From assembly GCA_028534125.1 (NCBI GenBank), contig CM052817.1:59956001-60020000 (forward strand): 64,000 bases of DNA, read 5' to 3'. Made by a program: the position numbers and the translations under genes. The DNA is from Lama glama (lineage: Eukaryota). How positions within the stretch are numbered: position 1 is the stretch's first letter; each line of letters starts with the position of its first letter. The notes below the pieces were generated by a model. It saw only the letters and a list, made by a program, of their open reading frames with translations, did no database searches and had not been told where the DNA came from. Below, one piece after another: positions 1 through 12,559 of this stretch.

Positions 1-1164
1 ATAAGGCATTGATAACAATGCCTAACAAAAAGTGGGTTTCTTTTCTAATATCAGTTATATATTAGAGAAACTTTTGTAAAATACAAAATAATCAGGAATA
101 AAATAAATCATTGATAATACCCCAAAGTATTAGTTATATACTTGAATATTTTTTTCATTTTATCTTTCATTCTATTTACTTTTTATTTTATGTTTGTTTT
201 AAAGAATCTATTTTGTAAAATTATGCTCAGAAATCTGATTTTGACAATGTTTAAGTCTAGATAACTGTATTTAATTTGCTAAAAAACAACAAAAAAACTA
301 AAAATACTGCATAAAATACTTAAAATCCCCCCAAACCAACAAAGAAACCTAACACTTTAATGCACAGATGAGTTTTTAAAAAAATGAGACATTCAGTTGA
401 GTCAAGAGATTAAATCACTTGACAGATGAGGACAGTTCTTTAGGTTCCAAGATGTGACTTGGCCTGGGAACATCTAGAATCAGATCCTGACTGGCCTGGA
501 AATTTGCTTGTGATAGTTTTGACACATGTATTAAAAGATATGGCCCCATGCAGGCTTAGGAGTCTGTTCTCAGGTTGCACACTCTTGAATGCACAGAAGT
601 TTGTTATCAAGAGTGAATTAAAAAACAAAATCAAAAATCGAAAACTAAAGAGGAATAAGAGAGGAAATCTGTCTCAGCCTTGACTTCGTAGAGGGTGCAA
701 AAGTCTCTTTTGAGAATTTATGGTCATGAAAAGACTCTCAATGTTAAAGTGAAGCCTCACTTTATGCTATTTGCATGGAACGGAGGAAAACAGGCACAGG
801 TTAAACTTAAAATGGGCTTAACAGTTTTCAAGTATTTTGCAAAAACAAATGCAAAATTTTTCTGGAATATTACATTTTCAAACCAGGCTTTTAATGATTC
901 CCACAGAGAAGAGACCGAACGATATAAGCACAACACATAACACAGTTAGAAAATACATAAGGGAGCAAGAGACGATGGGCAAGAGACAATAGGTAAAAAT
1001 TATGATTCTGGATATTTTGCTATAATCATCTTTGCCATAGATACTTTTGCCACAAGAATTTTTGCTGCACACATTTTTGCCATATAGTGAAGTGGCCGTA
1101 AGGCAAGTTTTCCAAAAGATAACATAATTTGTTGACAGTTTGGTTTAACATATATAATACAAAA

Positions 1165-1586
1165 ATCATAGCAGATGATGGTGATTTGCCCCAAGAGCTG
1201 TTTTTTTATTTTTGAAACACCCTACACTGGAGGAGAAAAAGGCTGAGGGTCTCGAAGGCTCAGAGTTGAACTTGCATTTCCCATGGAACTTTGTAATGTC
1301 TCTCAATGGGCATGTGACAATATGCCAAGAACAAACAACCGAATATAAAGCTCAGTTACAAATATGCATTCTAGTATTTGGGAATTGATACCTGTCTTAA
1401 TGAAGGAAGAAATTTTAGTGAAAAAACAAATGTGCATTGCTGAACAAAGAGATGAATCAACAAGAAAAAAAAAAGTGTATGAAATACCATGAACTAAAGA
1501 CTTGGGAGACCTAGTGCTTAGATAACACCCCATAAAGTTAAGTCAGTAATTTGCCCAGTATTGCCTTGAATCTACATACATTTTAA
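1165..1586 (+). pseudogene. Decayed MULE transposase C-terminal fragment
   Basis: Manual translation across stops and frameshifts: DDGDLPQEL..YFETPYTGG..RRLRVELAFPMELCNVSQWACDNMPRTNN(1325-1339)..SSVTNMHSSIWELIPVLMKEE..LPSIALNLHTF* (TAA 1584-1586). Order and spacing match the YFExxYIG..FPxxxWN..PRTNN..HPxIW..YLxxIAxNL motifs I recall from metazoan MULE transposases. Confidence 0.75.
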
Positions 1587-1633
1587 ACACATTCAGATAT
1601 TTTGCATTTTCTCAGTAAAATTGTTTTAATTTT

Positions 1634-2200
1634 TTTAACATTTTTTATTGATTTATAATCATTTTACATTGTTGTGTCAAATTCCAGTGTTCAGCACAAT
1701 TTTTCAGTCATTCATGGACATATACACACTCATTGTCACATTTTTTTCTCTGTGAGTTATCATAACATTTTGTGTATATTTCCCTGTGCTATACAGTGTA
1801 ATCTTGTTTATCTATTCTACAATTTTGAAATCCCAGTCTATCCCTTCCCAACCTCTACCCCCCCCCCCACCGGTAACCACAAGTCTGTATTCTCTGTCCA
1901 TGAGTCTGTTTCTGTCCTGTATTTATGCTTTGTTTTGTTTGTTTGTTTGTTTTTGTTTTTTAGATTCCACATATGAGCGATCTCAGATGGTGTTTTTCTT
2001 TCTCTTTCTGGCTTACTTCACTTAGAATGACATTCTCTAGGAGCATCCATGTTGCTGCAAATGGCATTATGTTGTCGGTTTTTATGGCTGAGTAGTATTC
2101 CATTGTATAAATATACCACATCTTCTTTATCCAGTCACCTGTTGATGGACATTTAGGCTGTTTGCATATCTTGGCTATTGTAAATAGTGCTGCTATGAAC
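1634..2200 (-). mobile_element. Young 5'-truncated L1 (ORF2 C-terminus and 3' UTR), camelid-type
   Basis: ORF 1960..2226(-) gives the L1 ORF2 end (FIAALFTIAK..KQPKCPS..WIKKMWYIYTMEYYSAIK); poly-T and poly-C 3' UTR tracts on +; 17-bp TSD AAA(A/G)TTGTTTTAATTTT at 1617-1633 and 2201-2217. Confidence 0.93.
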
Positions 2201-2439
2201 AAAGTTGTTTTAATTTTGATACTCATTTCTCATGCTTTATTATGTCGTTTATATGTTCCTCTTTTATTGTTTGTCATTTTATCTTTTACAGCAAAATTGC
2301 CTTATGGGCAGTTACTTATGTAACAAAAATGTTTGCAGAGAAAATGTTTGAGGCAATGATGTTGACAGCAAAGATGCTTATGGCAAAAAATCAGATGCAA
2401 AAAATTACAAAACAGAATATAAAATAAATATAATTAATA

Positions 2440-2770
2440 TGTTTCAATAAGACAGAATCAAAATAATTAGTGAAAGCACAAGACCCTCAAAGATGACTAG
2501 GCAGAATTCAGAAAAATGAAAAACAAACAGAAAACAAAAAAAGAGAACTTCTGGAAATGTAACATAGCGATTGAGATTAAATCTCATTGGAAAGTTAGAA
2601 GAGTAAGTACAGCTGAAGAGAAACTTACTAACTGGACTACAGATCAGAAGAAATTTTGCAGAATCAGTCATAGAGAGGCAAAGAAACTTTAAAAATGAGA
2701 TAGTTTAAGAGACATGAGAGATGAAGGATCTAAAAAGACATACACATAGATTGGAAGAGAAGCAGTTTCT
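2440..2770 (+). mobile_element. Ancient L1/HAL1 ORF1-region fragment
   Basis: Purine-rich sequence resembling the L1 ORF1 coiled-coil region (acagctgaagagaaa..tcagaagaaatt..tttaagagacatg). Confidence 0.5.
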
Positions 2771-2896
2771 GGATGTTGGCATCTGGTAACAGCGTAAATG
2801 AAGGAAGTTGAGTGTGCAGTTTTGTAGTAGACTTTAACTTACATTACATTCTTCTGTTTTTAACCTAAATCCCTCTGTTTTCATTGACTTGTTCAT

Positions 2897-3790
2897 GGTG
2901 TCCAGGATGTGCTGATAAATTATTAAAAACTGCTTCAAACAAAATAAAAAATGAAAATGTGCATGCATATATGCATAATATATATATTTATTATGAATTT
3001 TACAAAAAATAAACGATATGTAGCATACAGTTTACAAATAATAATAAAATACTATTTCTTACTTTAGTATACATTCCATATAGCCAATTGATTCTCACAG
3101 AATGTTTTCACTGATTTTTACAAAGTCCTTGTATCCATAATCAACCTGTGGTTAAAATTCAACCTTACTTTGGCAAATAGCATTGCATCCTGATCCACCA
3201 GCACTTTATACATGAAATTATTATAATTTGATCTGATATGTGATTTATTGTTAAAGTATTTTTCACACTTGTAAAAATTATATTCATTTAACTGAAAGAT
3301 CGTTTCAGCTTTATCAGTAGATACAACACACTTGTAGGTTTAATCAGTATTATTTGTATTTCCTCCATTACTTTCTTAAACCTAGACAAACAACACAACA
3401 GTAAATCAAGCTCTGACTTACAGTGTTTGTTGATTTCCACCAATGTGTAAATATTCTCACCAAGGCCAATTTCAAGTTATCATATGATGTCACTGAACAC
3501 TGAGTTAGGAAAAGGTGTGCAATATCACACTATTATATAATATTTATATAAAATGAATAGTATTTCTACCATATAAATACAGATAAAATTTAGAGCATAG
3601 CTAAAAGTAAAACAATTGAGAACATGAGAGTTTTGAATTTATTATTGTTGTCTTTGATATAATTTAATTGAAAGTTTATATAATTTGTGTTTTAATAATT
3701 GCTGTGTTTAACCACCTCTTACCACATTCCTGAAGTTACAGCAATAGGCTCTCAAAAAACAGTGGAAGCAGGGTGCCAGGCTCCTGTTGG
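2897..3790 (-). mobile_element. MER63-type hAT-Blackjack DNA transposon, near full length (MER63C/D size)
   Basis: Reverse complement matches the recalled MER63 consensus (gatgtcactgaac.., aaggccaatttcaag, taataattgctgtgtttaac..ggctctc); degenerate terminus gatgtgctgataaat at the left end. Confidence 0.8.
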
Positions 3791-5621
3791 TATTCATGAT
3801 TGCTGGATAGCTCCCACTTATTTTTCCAGGTAGAATTCTCCTATGAAGAATGAAATGATTTGGAGGATGCTGGTTGTGCAGGATTAAGGAGACTGGAAAT
3901 TCCCCAACCCTCTGTTCGCTAACTTTCAGCAGATATTTTCCCCTTGATCCATAGCTCCTATGGGACTCATACTTCCGAGCAAGAATTCTCAGGAGTTTTC
4001 TGAGGACAAATTACGATCTCTCATTGTTCCTCCCTTTACAGACATTTAAGTAGACTGCTTCTCCTTTACTAAGTCAGTTGCTTCTACTCTTGTCTTCCCG
4101 AATCACTTCTTGTTTTTTTCTTTTAAATCACTTTTTTTCCACTTTTTCTTTGTTACAATTTGTCTTATTCTTATGCCATTAATTGTGGGTAGGAGATGGC
4201 TATTGATGAGGTAAATGCAATAAACTCCTAGTGTCAGTCCTTTCATATTTAGTCAGATATTCAGTTGGTATTTCTTAAATGTATATCATAATCTTACGAC
4301 TTACCAAATGTAATTAGTACTGAGGACGTTATACAAAATTTGGAATAGCACAAATTCAACAGTACTTTTGAAATGTATGAAATGAAACTAGAAAAATTAC
4401 TCTTCTTAATATGCACTTTATTAACCCATTGAATTTGTTTTTTCTCTTAAGTATGCTGAGAAAAAGATCAGTCCTTACATCCTTAGATATGCAAAATTTA
4501 TAGGTGTCAGAGTCTGAAGATCTTGATAAGGTCTAATCCCCTGGGATGTTAATAAATATTACTGTTGTGTCAGGCACTCCATCTTAGTATATATACCACA
4601 TAGGATCATTTCAGACCTTCTCAGTACATCTGTCATCTTGTATATTGCTTTAAATCATCCCCATTGAACTACCTCAGAGTGCTTCACATGAAACACCCCT
4701 AAGTATTCAGTTAAGCACTGGGATTTGCAGAAAGGTGTCAAAAGTGAAAAGAGAAAAGAGGTGGAAAATGGAATTGGATATAACATGCCTCTTGCTGTCA
4801 GGGACAATTTCTTCTCCTCAAATAGCCAGAAAGCCTGTTACAGGTTTATAACGATATATAGACAGGATGATGAATAGGAAAGGACATAAGCCTAGTAGTG
4901 TGTAAGTGTTCAAGATGTATAAAAATTAGATTTTTTTGAATTTTAATAACTGAGTATTAGATCACTAAAATACTGAAGGACATATTTTAAAATGCATTTT
5001 CTATTTTTTCTTCTTTAGTTGGAAGAACATTTTCGGATAAATAAGACTGTAGGTGTTTATTCACAATAGCACAATGAAAATAACTATACCGTTCTTCACT
5101 TCAACATTTCCTAAATTTGAATGTAATGCTTATAGGAATCCATTTGGAAGGTGGTGTTAGAATTATTCCTGAGCCCAGCTGATTACAACATTGTGATAAA
5201 AGGGTGTTTCCTTGGTGTTGTAAAACATTTCCAAACTTGTAGTATTGTCCAAGTTCATATCATGATATCTTGAGTCTAGAGATCTGTCATTTTATAGACT
5301 AGGCTATAAGGAATCAGTTAAATAGTATTTAGCCATTTTTCTACTGCTCTGTTCATGTGTTTACAGTTAGCAGAAATCTTTAAAAATGGCTATGCTGATG
5401 TTTGCATAGCATATCTTTCCATCCTCATGCTTCATCCCATCTCTGTATGCATTCAGTGTCACAGTTACCATTAATTACTTTAGAATTCCTAGAATCGTCG
5501 TTTTATAACTCAATATTTTTTTTCTCTTGCAAATAGACTTCTTCTCTCTGTGAGAACAATTTTCACTCTTTTCTGCCCCACCAAAACTTTCTCACTTTTT
5601 AATGGCTCAAGTGCCATTTTC

Positions 5622-6430
5622 TTTTTTTTTTTAATTTCGTTTTTTATTGAAGTGTAGTTTATTTACAATGTTAGTTTCAGGTGTACAGCAAAGAGATTTA
5701 ATTATTTTATACATACACACACACACATACATACACACAAGCATATTTTTCAGATTATTTTCCATTATATGTTATTACAAGAAACTGAATATAGTTCCCT
5801 GTGCTATACAGTAGTTCCTTGTTTATCTGCTTTATATATAGTAATGTGTATCTGTTAATCCAAGACTCCTAATTTATCCCTTTCCCAACCTTTTCTCTTT
5901 GGTAATCATAATTTTTTTCTTTGTCTGTGAGTCTCTTTCTGGTTTATAGATAAAATTTTTTAGATACCACATATAAATGACATCATATGATATTTATCTT
6001 TCTCTGGCTGACTTGACTTTACTTAGTATGATAAGCAGTAGGTCTGTCCATGTTACTGCCAATGGCATTCTCTAATTCTTTTTTATGGCTGAGTATATTC
6101 CATTGTATACATCTGCCATAACTTGTTTAATCCATTCATCTACTGATGGGCATTTAGGTTGTTTCCATGTGTTGGTCATAGTGCTGCTGTGAACATTGGG
6201 GTGCATGTCTTTTTGAATTGAAATATTCTTTAGATTTATGCCCAGGAGTAGGCTTGCTGGATCATAGGGCAAGTCTACTTTTAGTTTTTTAAGGAACCCC
6301 CATACTGTTCTCCATAGTGGCTGCACCAATTTACACTTCTACCAACAGTATAGGATGGCCATTCTGACTGGTGTGAGGTGGTACCTCATTGTAGTTTTCA
6401 TTTGCATTTCTCTAATAATTAGCGCTTGAG
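5622..6430 (-). mobile_element. L1 3' end (ORF2 C-terminus and 3' UTR) with internal deletion
   Basis: Poly-T followed by L1 3' UTR; ORF 6072..6329(-) [38 protein letters not shown] is the L1 ORF2 C-terminus. Confidence 0.92.
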
Positions 6431-9400
6431 GAAACATTTTCTGCATACCAAAGCATTCCTTAACCTGGTACGTTTTCTTGTGGATTCCTTCTTTTGATTC
6501 TTCCATAGCATCCTGTGCTTAATGCTGGAACTATTACCCTGTATTGTAATCAGTTCTTTTCTTGGTTCTAACCTACTGAACTTAAACTTCTTTTGAGTAT
6601 GGATTGTGTCATATTTATATTCTTAACAAAAAGTGAGTAATATGTATCATTAACAGTTAAGCAATTTTCTCTTATGAGATATTTTATTCTGATGGAATTA
6701 GGCATTGATGAAAGAGTGAAGTGGGAAGAAAATACATTACAGGGGCTGGAAAAATTAGTAAGTTATACTATACAAGTTTACTAACTTAGATTGTTTTAAA
6801 TATAATCCAGTTAGAGGTTACATCTATGTGGGAAATTAAGGTACTTAGTGCATTGTAATTATAAACTGAAATAATTTAGCAAAGCTCATGTCTGAAGGGG
6901 ATATCATATTACAGGAAGGAGATACTTCTTGGATTTATGTAGTGAATAATAATAGGATAAAGCAAGAAGGAATCTTTTTCTCTCTCTCTTTTACTCTTTT
7001 TCCTATCTCTTTGTTCTGTCTCTCTTAAGTAATGAGTTCTGTAATGTTCTCTAAAGTCCCCAAGATTTGAAGTATCTGGATAAATGCTCTAGAAGTCAAT
7101 GTAACCAGATCATGTTTTATATAATAAAGCAGTATTTCAAAAGAATATGGAACTCAGGATAGGGTCAATGTACTGCCAGAGGGAAGAGTAGAAGTATCTC
7201 AAAGCTGGGATGATTTAATTTAGAAAGTGTAAAATGCAAAGGCTCAAGGCTTAGTGTTTATTTACTGAGCTTTGTATTTATTCTGCCAGGGAAAGATGAA
7301 GCACTTTATTACAATTGAATTATTTAATCTATAAATAGGATATTGAGCTTTAATTATTTTGAATTATTTTTCAGATCAGAATTCTGTGATTGTGAGACAG
7401 AAATAGCATTTGTACTTAAGTGTTTTAAATTTTTGTTCTAAATAGAGTTTTGATTTCATTTGAGTTGTGGCTGAAAATATTTTTTCAACATTGAGCAACT
7501 TTACTTTGATGTCTGTGTACCTTTATTCACTTTTGCATGATGAGATAAATAATGAATAGATTTTGAGTGTATTGTCAGATATGATTTCAGATCCAAAAAT
7601 TGGTTGCCTAAATTGGATTATGTGGATTTGATTTAATTGCAAGAGAGAATGTTAAAAAAAAACAAAACACTTTCCTAATGAATGTTTTGGTAACTTTTGA
7701 AGGATATTAGATATCCTTGATTTTGTGTTTAATTATTTTCTGCCCAGGAAAACACTTTATGTTGCTCTGATCACCCATAAATAATATGTCTTGACATTTA
7801 AAAGACTGAAGAGTAACCAGATTTTAATATCATTAGAAATAATGAATGCTTTGTTCTATCTAAGATTTACTTTCTTGATGTTTAGAATTTCAGATACTTT
7901 CACTGTTGGAAAGGTCATTCAGGGTTGAAAATTTTCTAATTTAAAATCTAAACATGGCCTTAAAATTTCCACCTTTTGATATACTTGCTTGTATAATTAG
8001 TTGTTATTGGAACTACACTATTATCACATACAACTAAAGAGTACTGTCTTCTCTAATTCTTAAAGAAAACTAGTTTGCTTATTTATTTTTCCATTGAAAC
8101 AGTTTCTAGTTCTGAATTTTGGTTCCTTACTTAACCTTTTCTTCCCTTAGGAATTCACAGACTGTGACTGCAACTTGTACATTGAAGATAATTGAGACAC
8201 CTAAGTAGATTTGGTTAATTAAACAGTTTTTACAGTGTTCCTGAATGGCAAAATGATTTCAGAATTCAGTGTAATTCATCCCCTAGCAAAAGAAAATCAT
8301 ATACTGTAAAGGTGTACTAGGAAGGATAAACAGTAGCTGAGGACACCATAACTTATGAGAGATGAAAAAGTCCCTGCCATAAGCTCAACCACTACAAACC
8401 CTGCCTTTTAGTAGCTTTATAAAAAACACACCTGTGGAAATTGGTAATCTTGGACAGCCTTTAAAATGACAGTGGTACATGTTAAAACTCCTGGGGAAAA
8501 CAACGAAAAGAACAAAAAATTGTGAGGAAGAGGTGGGAGACAATTTTTCATTTTATATTAGTTATCAGCAAATTATATGTTAAACTACATAAAACAAATT
8601 TCTAAATTCTGATTTATTTATTTGTACCTTCTGTCTCTCTTCTCCTTTCCACTATTTTTGAACTAGTCATTGTTTATATGTTAGAGAGAAAATAAGAGAG
8701 ATTAAGCTTTATGACCCAGAAAATCATTCAGTTACCAGTGATAAAGCCTGTACTATCTGCAAGCTTTATTATATTTTAAGAGGAACAAATAATGATTTTT
8801 GGTGTAGCATATTTCTGATGTATTTTCACATTCAATATATCAGGGTGTCCATAGATGAAAGTTTAGGGCATATTAACCATATTTATTAAAAGGGTAACAA
8901 AACCACTATGAATTGTCCTAAACCTAGCTAAAGATACTCTGAGTAATATAAAGATTATCCAAGTATTTTGCAAAGTCAACGGAAATTCTTCTGATTTCTT
9001 GTGCTGGGGAATATTGCCATTGTCACAAATTAACTGTGAAGATGATCACTCTCGTGAAAGATGTAAACTTGGTGAACTGAAGCACATAAAGCAGAAGTTT
9101 ACTTATCTCTCTTCTTTTACCGCTGTCTACCTATAAAAGGACAAAGGAGTCATGTTTTATTCATTAACTACAAATTTTTAAATTTGCATTTTTAAAGTTT
9201 TCCAAGGTGAAGGATAACAGGATTGTGGCAGAGCTGAACATTGTGACTTTATTGTTCCTAGGGCACTCTTAAAACTCCCAAAGACATATCTGCCACCAAG
9301 TACTGAATTTGCTTAACACTCAGGTTACTAGCACATATGGCCTTTTGCACTTGAAAATTCCATGTTTTATTAAGGTGCAACTAAGATGTCTCTTTTTGAT

Positions 9401-12400
9401 GCTACAAAGGTAAGGGGGAAGGTGTAGAAACACACTTTTAAGGAAGAAATACACAAAGCAGATTACTAACACTGATTAATATTCTAAATCTTTACTTTGA
9501 AAACATCAATTTTTGGAGATGTGGACACAGAAGATCAAAGTAGACAAAGTAGTGTTTGGGGCATATATGCGAGTATGTGTGTGTGTATTTGAATAAAACA
9601 GAAGAATCTAAGGATCTAAGGGCAGGGAAATATCTATCAGAGAAAAGTTAAAAAATACATATATACACTATCCAAAACATTCCTTGTTTTTTTCCCAGAC
9701 TTTCCAGAACATACTGAATCATCATTGATCTCTTATTTCATCAGAAGCAACAATATCTAAAACTGAATTTTAATTCATGTGCATTCTGTGCTGAATGAAA
9801 GCAAGAGACTGGGGCAGAGCGGTGGGTTGAGAGATTTAAGTTAATTCACTCGGTCGAACAGAAATGTTGGCAGCTGCAATAAAGCGCTCCCTTCACTGCA
9901 TTGCCAGAGCTTCTCAGTTCTGACCCACAGTCACAGTGCCAAGAGCTGCCAGAAATGCCAAGTGTGTGCTGATTTTGTGATGTAGAGAAGTAGGGATTTG
10001 GGTGAGAATACTTACTTGTTTTGAACTACTATGTTTGGTTGGAGTCTGAGCCAAAGTCTCCAGACATAAAAAGAAATAGTGGTGAAAATCCCCAGGCACA
10101 AACATACGTTGCATTTATCGCGTGGATTGTAAGCGGGACATCTGAGTCAGCAGCACTTTGAATTGACTTCAGGCCTTTGTTTTCTAATTATGATGGCTAA
10201 AGGAAGATAACAACATTTATTTTTGTGAACCTTTGAGACTAAAGAGATGTTTTCAGCTGCCCTCAGACACTGGGTGTTTGTTATTTGGATGTACTCTTCA
10301 CCACTGAGGTTTTATTTCTTTATTATTTCTCCATCAGACTTAAGTATAAAAACATCTTGCTTGTTATTTCCCATGAGCTTCTTAGATAGGATTTTAGGTG
10401 TCCTTTAGAAAGGCTTTTTGCTTTTCTTCATAAGAATTTGGAGTTTGTGAGTTTATTTTGTTTTGTATGGATTTTAATTGAGTTAGGAGACACTGTAGAA
10501 TTTTTTTTTAATTCTTCTACATGTTTACTGTATACCTTTAGGAAAGAAAATACCTTGAAACAGTTTAAAATATTCTCACTTGTAAAAATCATGCAAAAAT
10601 ATACACTGTTTTAGCTGATTTTTACTACAGAACATTACAAAACCTTCGACACAACTGATATTTTTGAAGTACATTTTCAATCATTGAAAATGGTCTTCAG
10701 TATCTCTAATTCCAAGGCTATTATGTTGCTACCAATTAATCCATAGATTATTATAAAAATAATTTTCTTTAATAAATAGCAGTTTTAATATATTTCATCT
10801 GGTTTTGTTATTTAAACATCTATTTATCAATATTACATTTGCACAAGAACTTTATAAATACATCGTATCAGAGAAGTTGATGAGCACCTTCTGTTTCTGA
10901 AGAAAATGGGTTGGTAAGAATGAATTCATGATTGGAGAATAATGTTGAAAAATAGCATCTGATTAATCATGAATTGGACACGTTGAATATCCTGTGTAGC
11001 TCTTTTATCATATACTATATAAGTAATGGGTTGTAGGATCATATTATATTTTAGGGACTATTTAAAATTAGATCATACCAGTTTTGACTATTAGTACCAT
11101 AGAGTTTGAGCTGTCTTAATCCTGCTTGAATTACTATTTTGTTGAAGATTATCAATCACCAGCTGCCATCATGCAGTGGCAGGTTTCCAAGACAGCACTC
11201 TGAGGACTCCTCTGTTCATCCCTCTGTCCCAGGGTGACATAGTGTAGAAGCCTTTTTGGCTTCTTTGCAAAAGAATGTAATTGCCTCTAAAATGTGTGTA
11301 TTATCACCAAGTTTAAACTCAGAGATATTCAGGGAAAAAAAATCCTCAGGTATTTCATCCAGAACAATCAAGTTGATACCCAGTGATACTGTTTGTTAAG
11401 AATCACATGAATTCACAGGAAAAAATAAGTTCTGGGTTCTTTGCACTTCAGACTCCTTTCCTCACCCTCTACTTATCCATTCCTGGTGACATATTTCACA
11501 GGGTCACATGGTGGTAGGGGATAGTATAAGAAGAGAAAGACTTTGGCCTTTGAATCCTGTAAAGTATTCATTTGTACATTCTAGTGGTTTTCATGTAGTC
11601 AGACTTCAGCACACTGAATGGTGACATGTCAGAGGTTGCATTTTTGATGATAATGCTGCTCTGTAAAGTGTGGAAGCTCAGCTTCCAGTGTCCCCTGCCA
11701 ACACTGACAGATCCCACGACAGGTGCAAATTTGACTTCACACATCACAATTGAACATGCCGAGCCTAAATATTACCTGACTGTGCTTAAGTTTTCACTTC
11801 TTTTGCTCTCTGCATTCTTATCACTTCTTGGGATTTGTTTTGTTTTGTTTTGTTTTCAGAGTAAAGGAAATTTGGAAAAGTTTATAAACTTAAGTTTCAA
11901 AACTTTTCATAATTTCTCTTCAAACATATGTTCTGAAAAATATCATTATCATAGTAACCAACCTATTATTTTCAGTTCTCATGAAAATTAATTATATTTA
12001 TTTGAATTTCAGATATATTTACATTAAAAATAAATATTTATTTTCAAATTTATATTTTTAATATTACATAAATATAAAGCTATTACCTCTAGTCTTTTTT
12101 CTCAAATAGTATTTTCAAATAACTGGCTTTCAAAATTTCAAAACAGAGAATAGACAGACATCTAAAATAAAACCTCTGTGGAGAATTAGTTTTTATTTTA
12201 TATCTGCTGTTTTTTTTTTAAATTGCATTTTCATCTAAGAATCCTGCTGGGACTGTATTAACAGGTTAGATCAGATTATTAAAAGGCATGATGGCAAGAA
12301 GTTATAAGCAGTATACAGAATATGTTAAGTAAAGGCATGGTTTGTTAGTTCAAAACAGAATGAAGCTTAATTTTCATTTTAATAAAACATGATACTTGAT

Positions 12401-12559
12401 CTTTCACTCACTCAACAGTGTTTTGCATTAAATTGTTCCATTATATTGCTGTGAATATGTTCATATGATTACAAGTGACCACATAATTTACAGTTGAGAT
12501 TTTTTGTGGAGATACGGGCTTAAGAGAATGTGAATTTCTTTTATGAAGGGGATGAGTTC

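Larger units (their letters stand above)
1003..2399 (+). mobile_element. Mutator-like (MULE/MuDR) DNA transposon, internally deleted, with a nested L1
   Basis: 1003-~1125 and ~2278-2399 are imperfect inverted repeats made of ~15-bp TTTTGCC-containing subrepeats; AAAAATTA flanks both ends (995-1002, 2400-2407); the interior encodes a decayed MULE-type transposase C-terminus. Confidence 0.8.

Noticed and set aside
11626..11991. Longest ORF in the track (121 aa, +)
   Set aside because: No recognisable domain, runs through a (GTTTT)n tract, no convincing exon boundaries; ORFs of this length can occur by chance in 64 kb across six frames.
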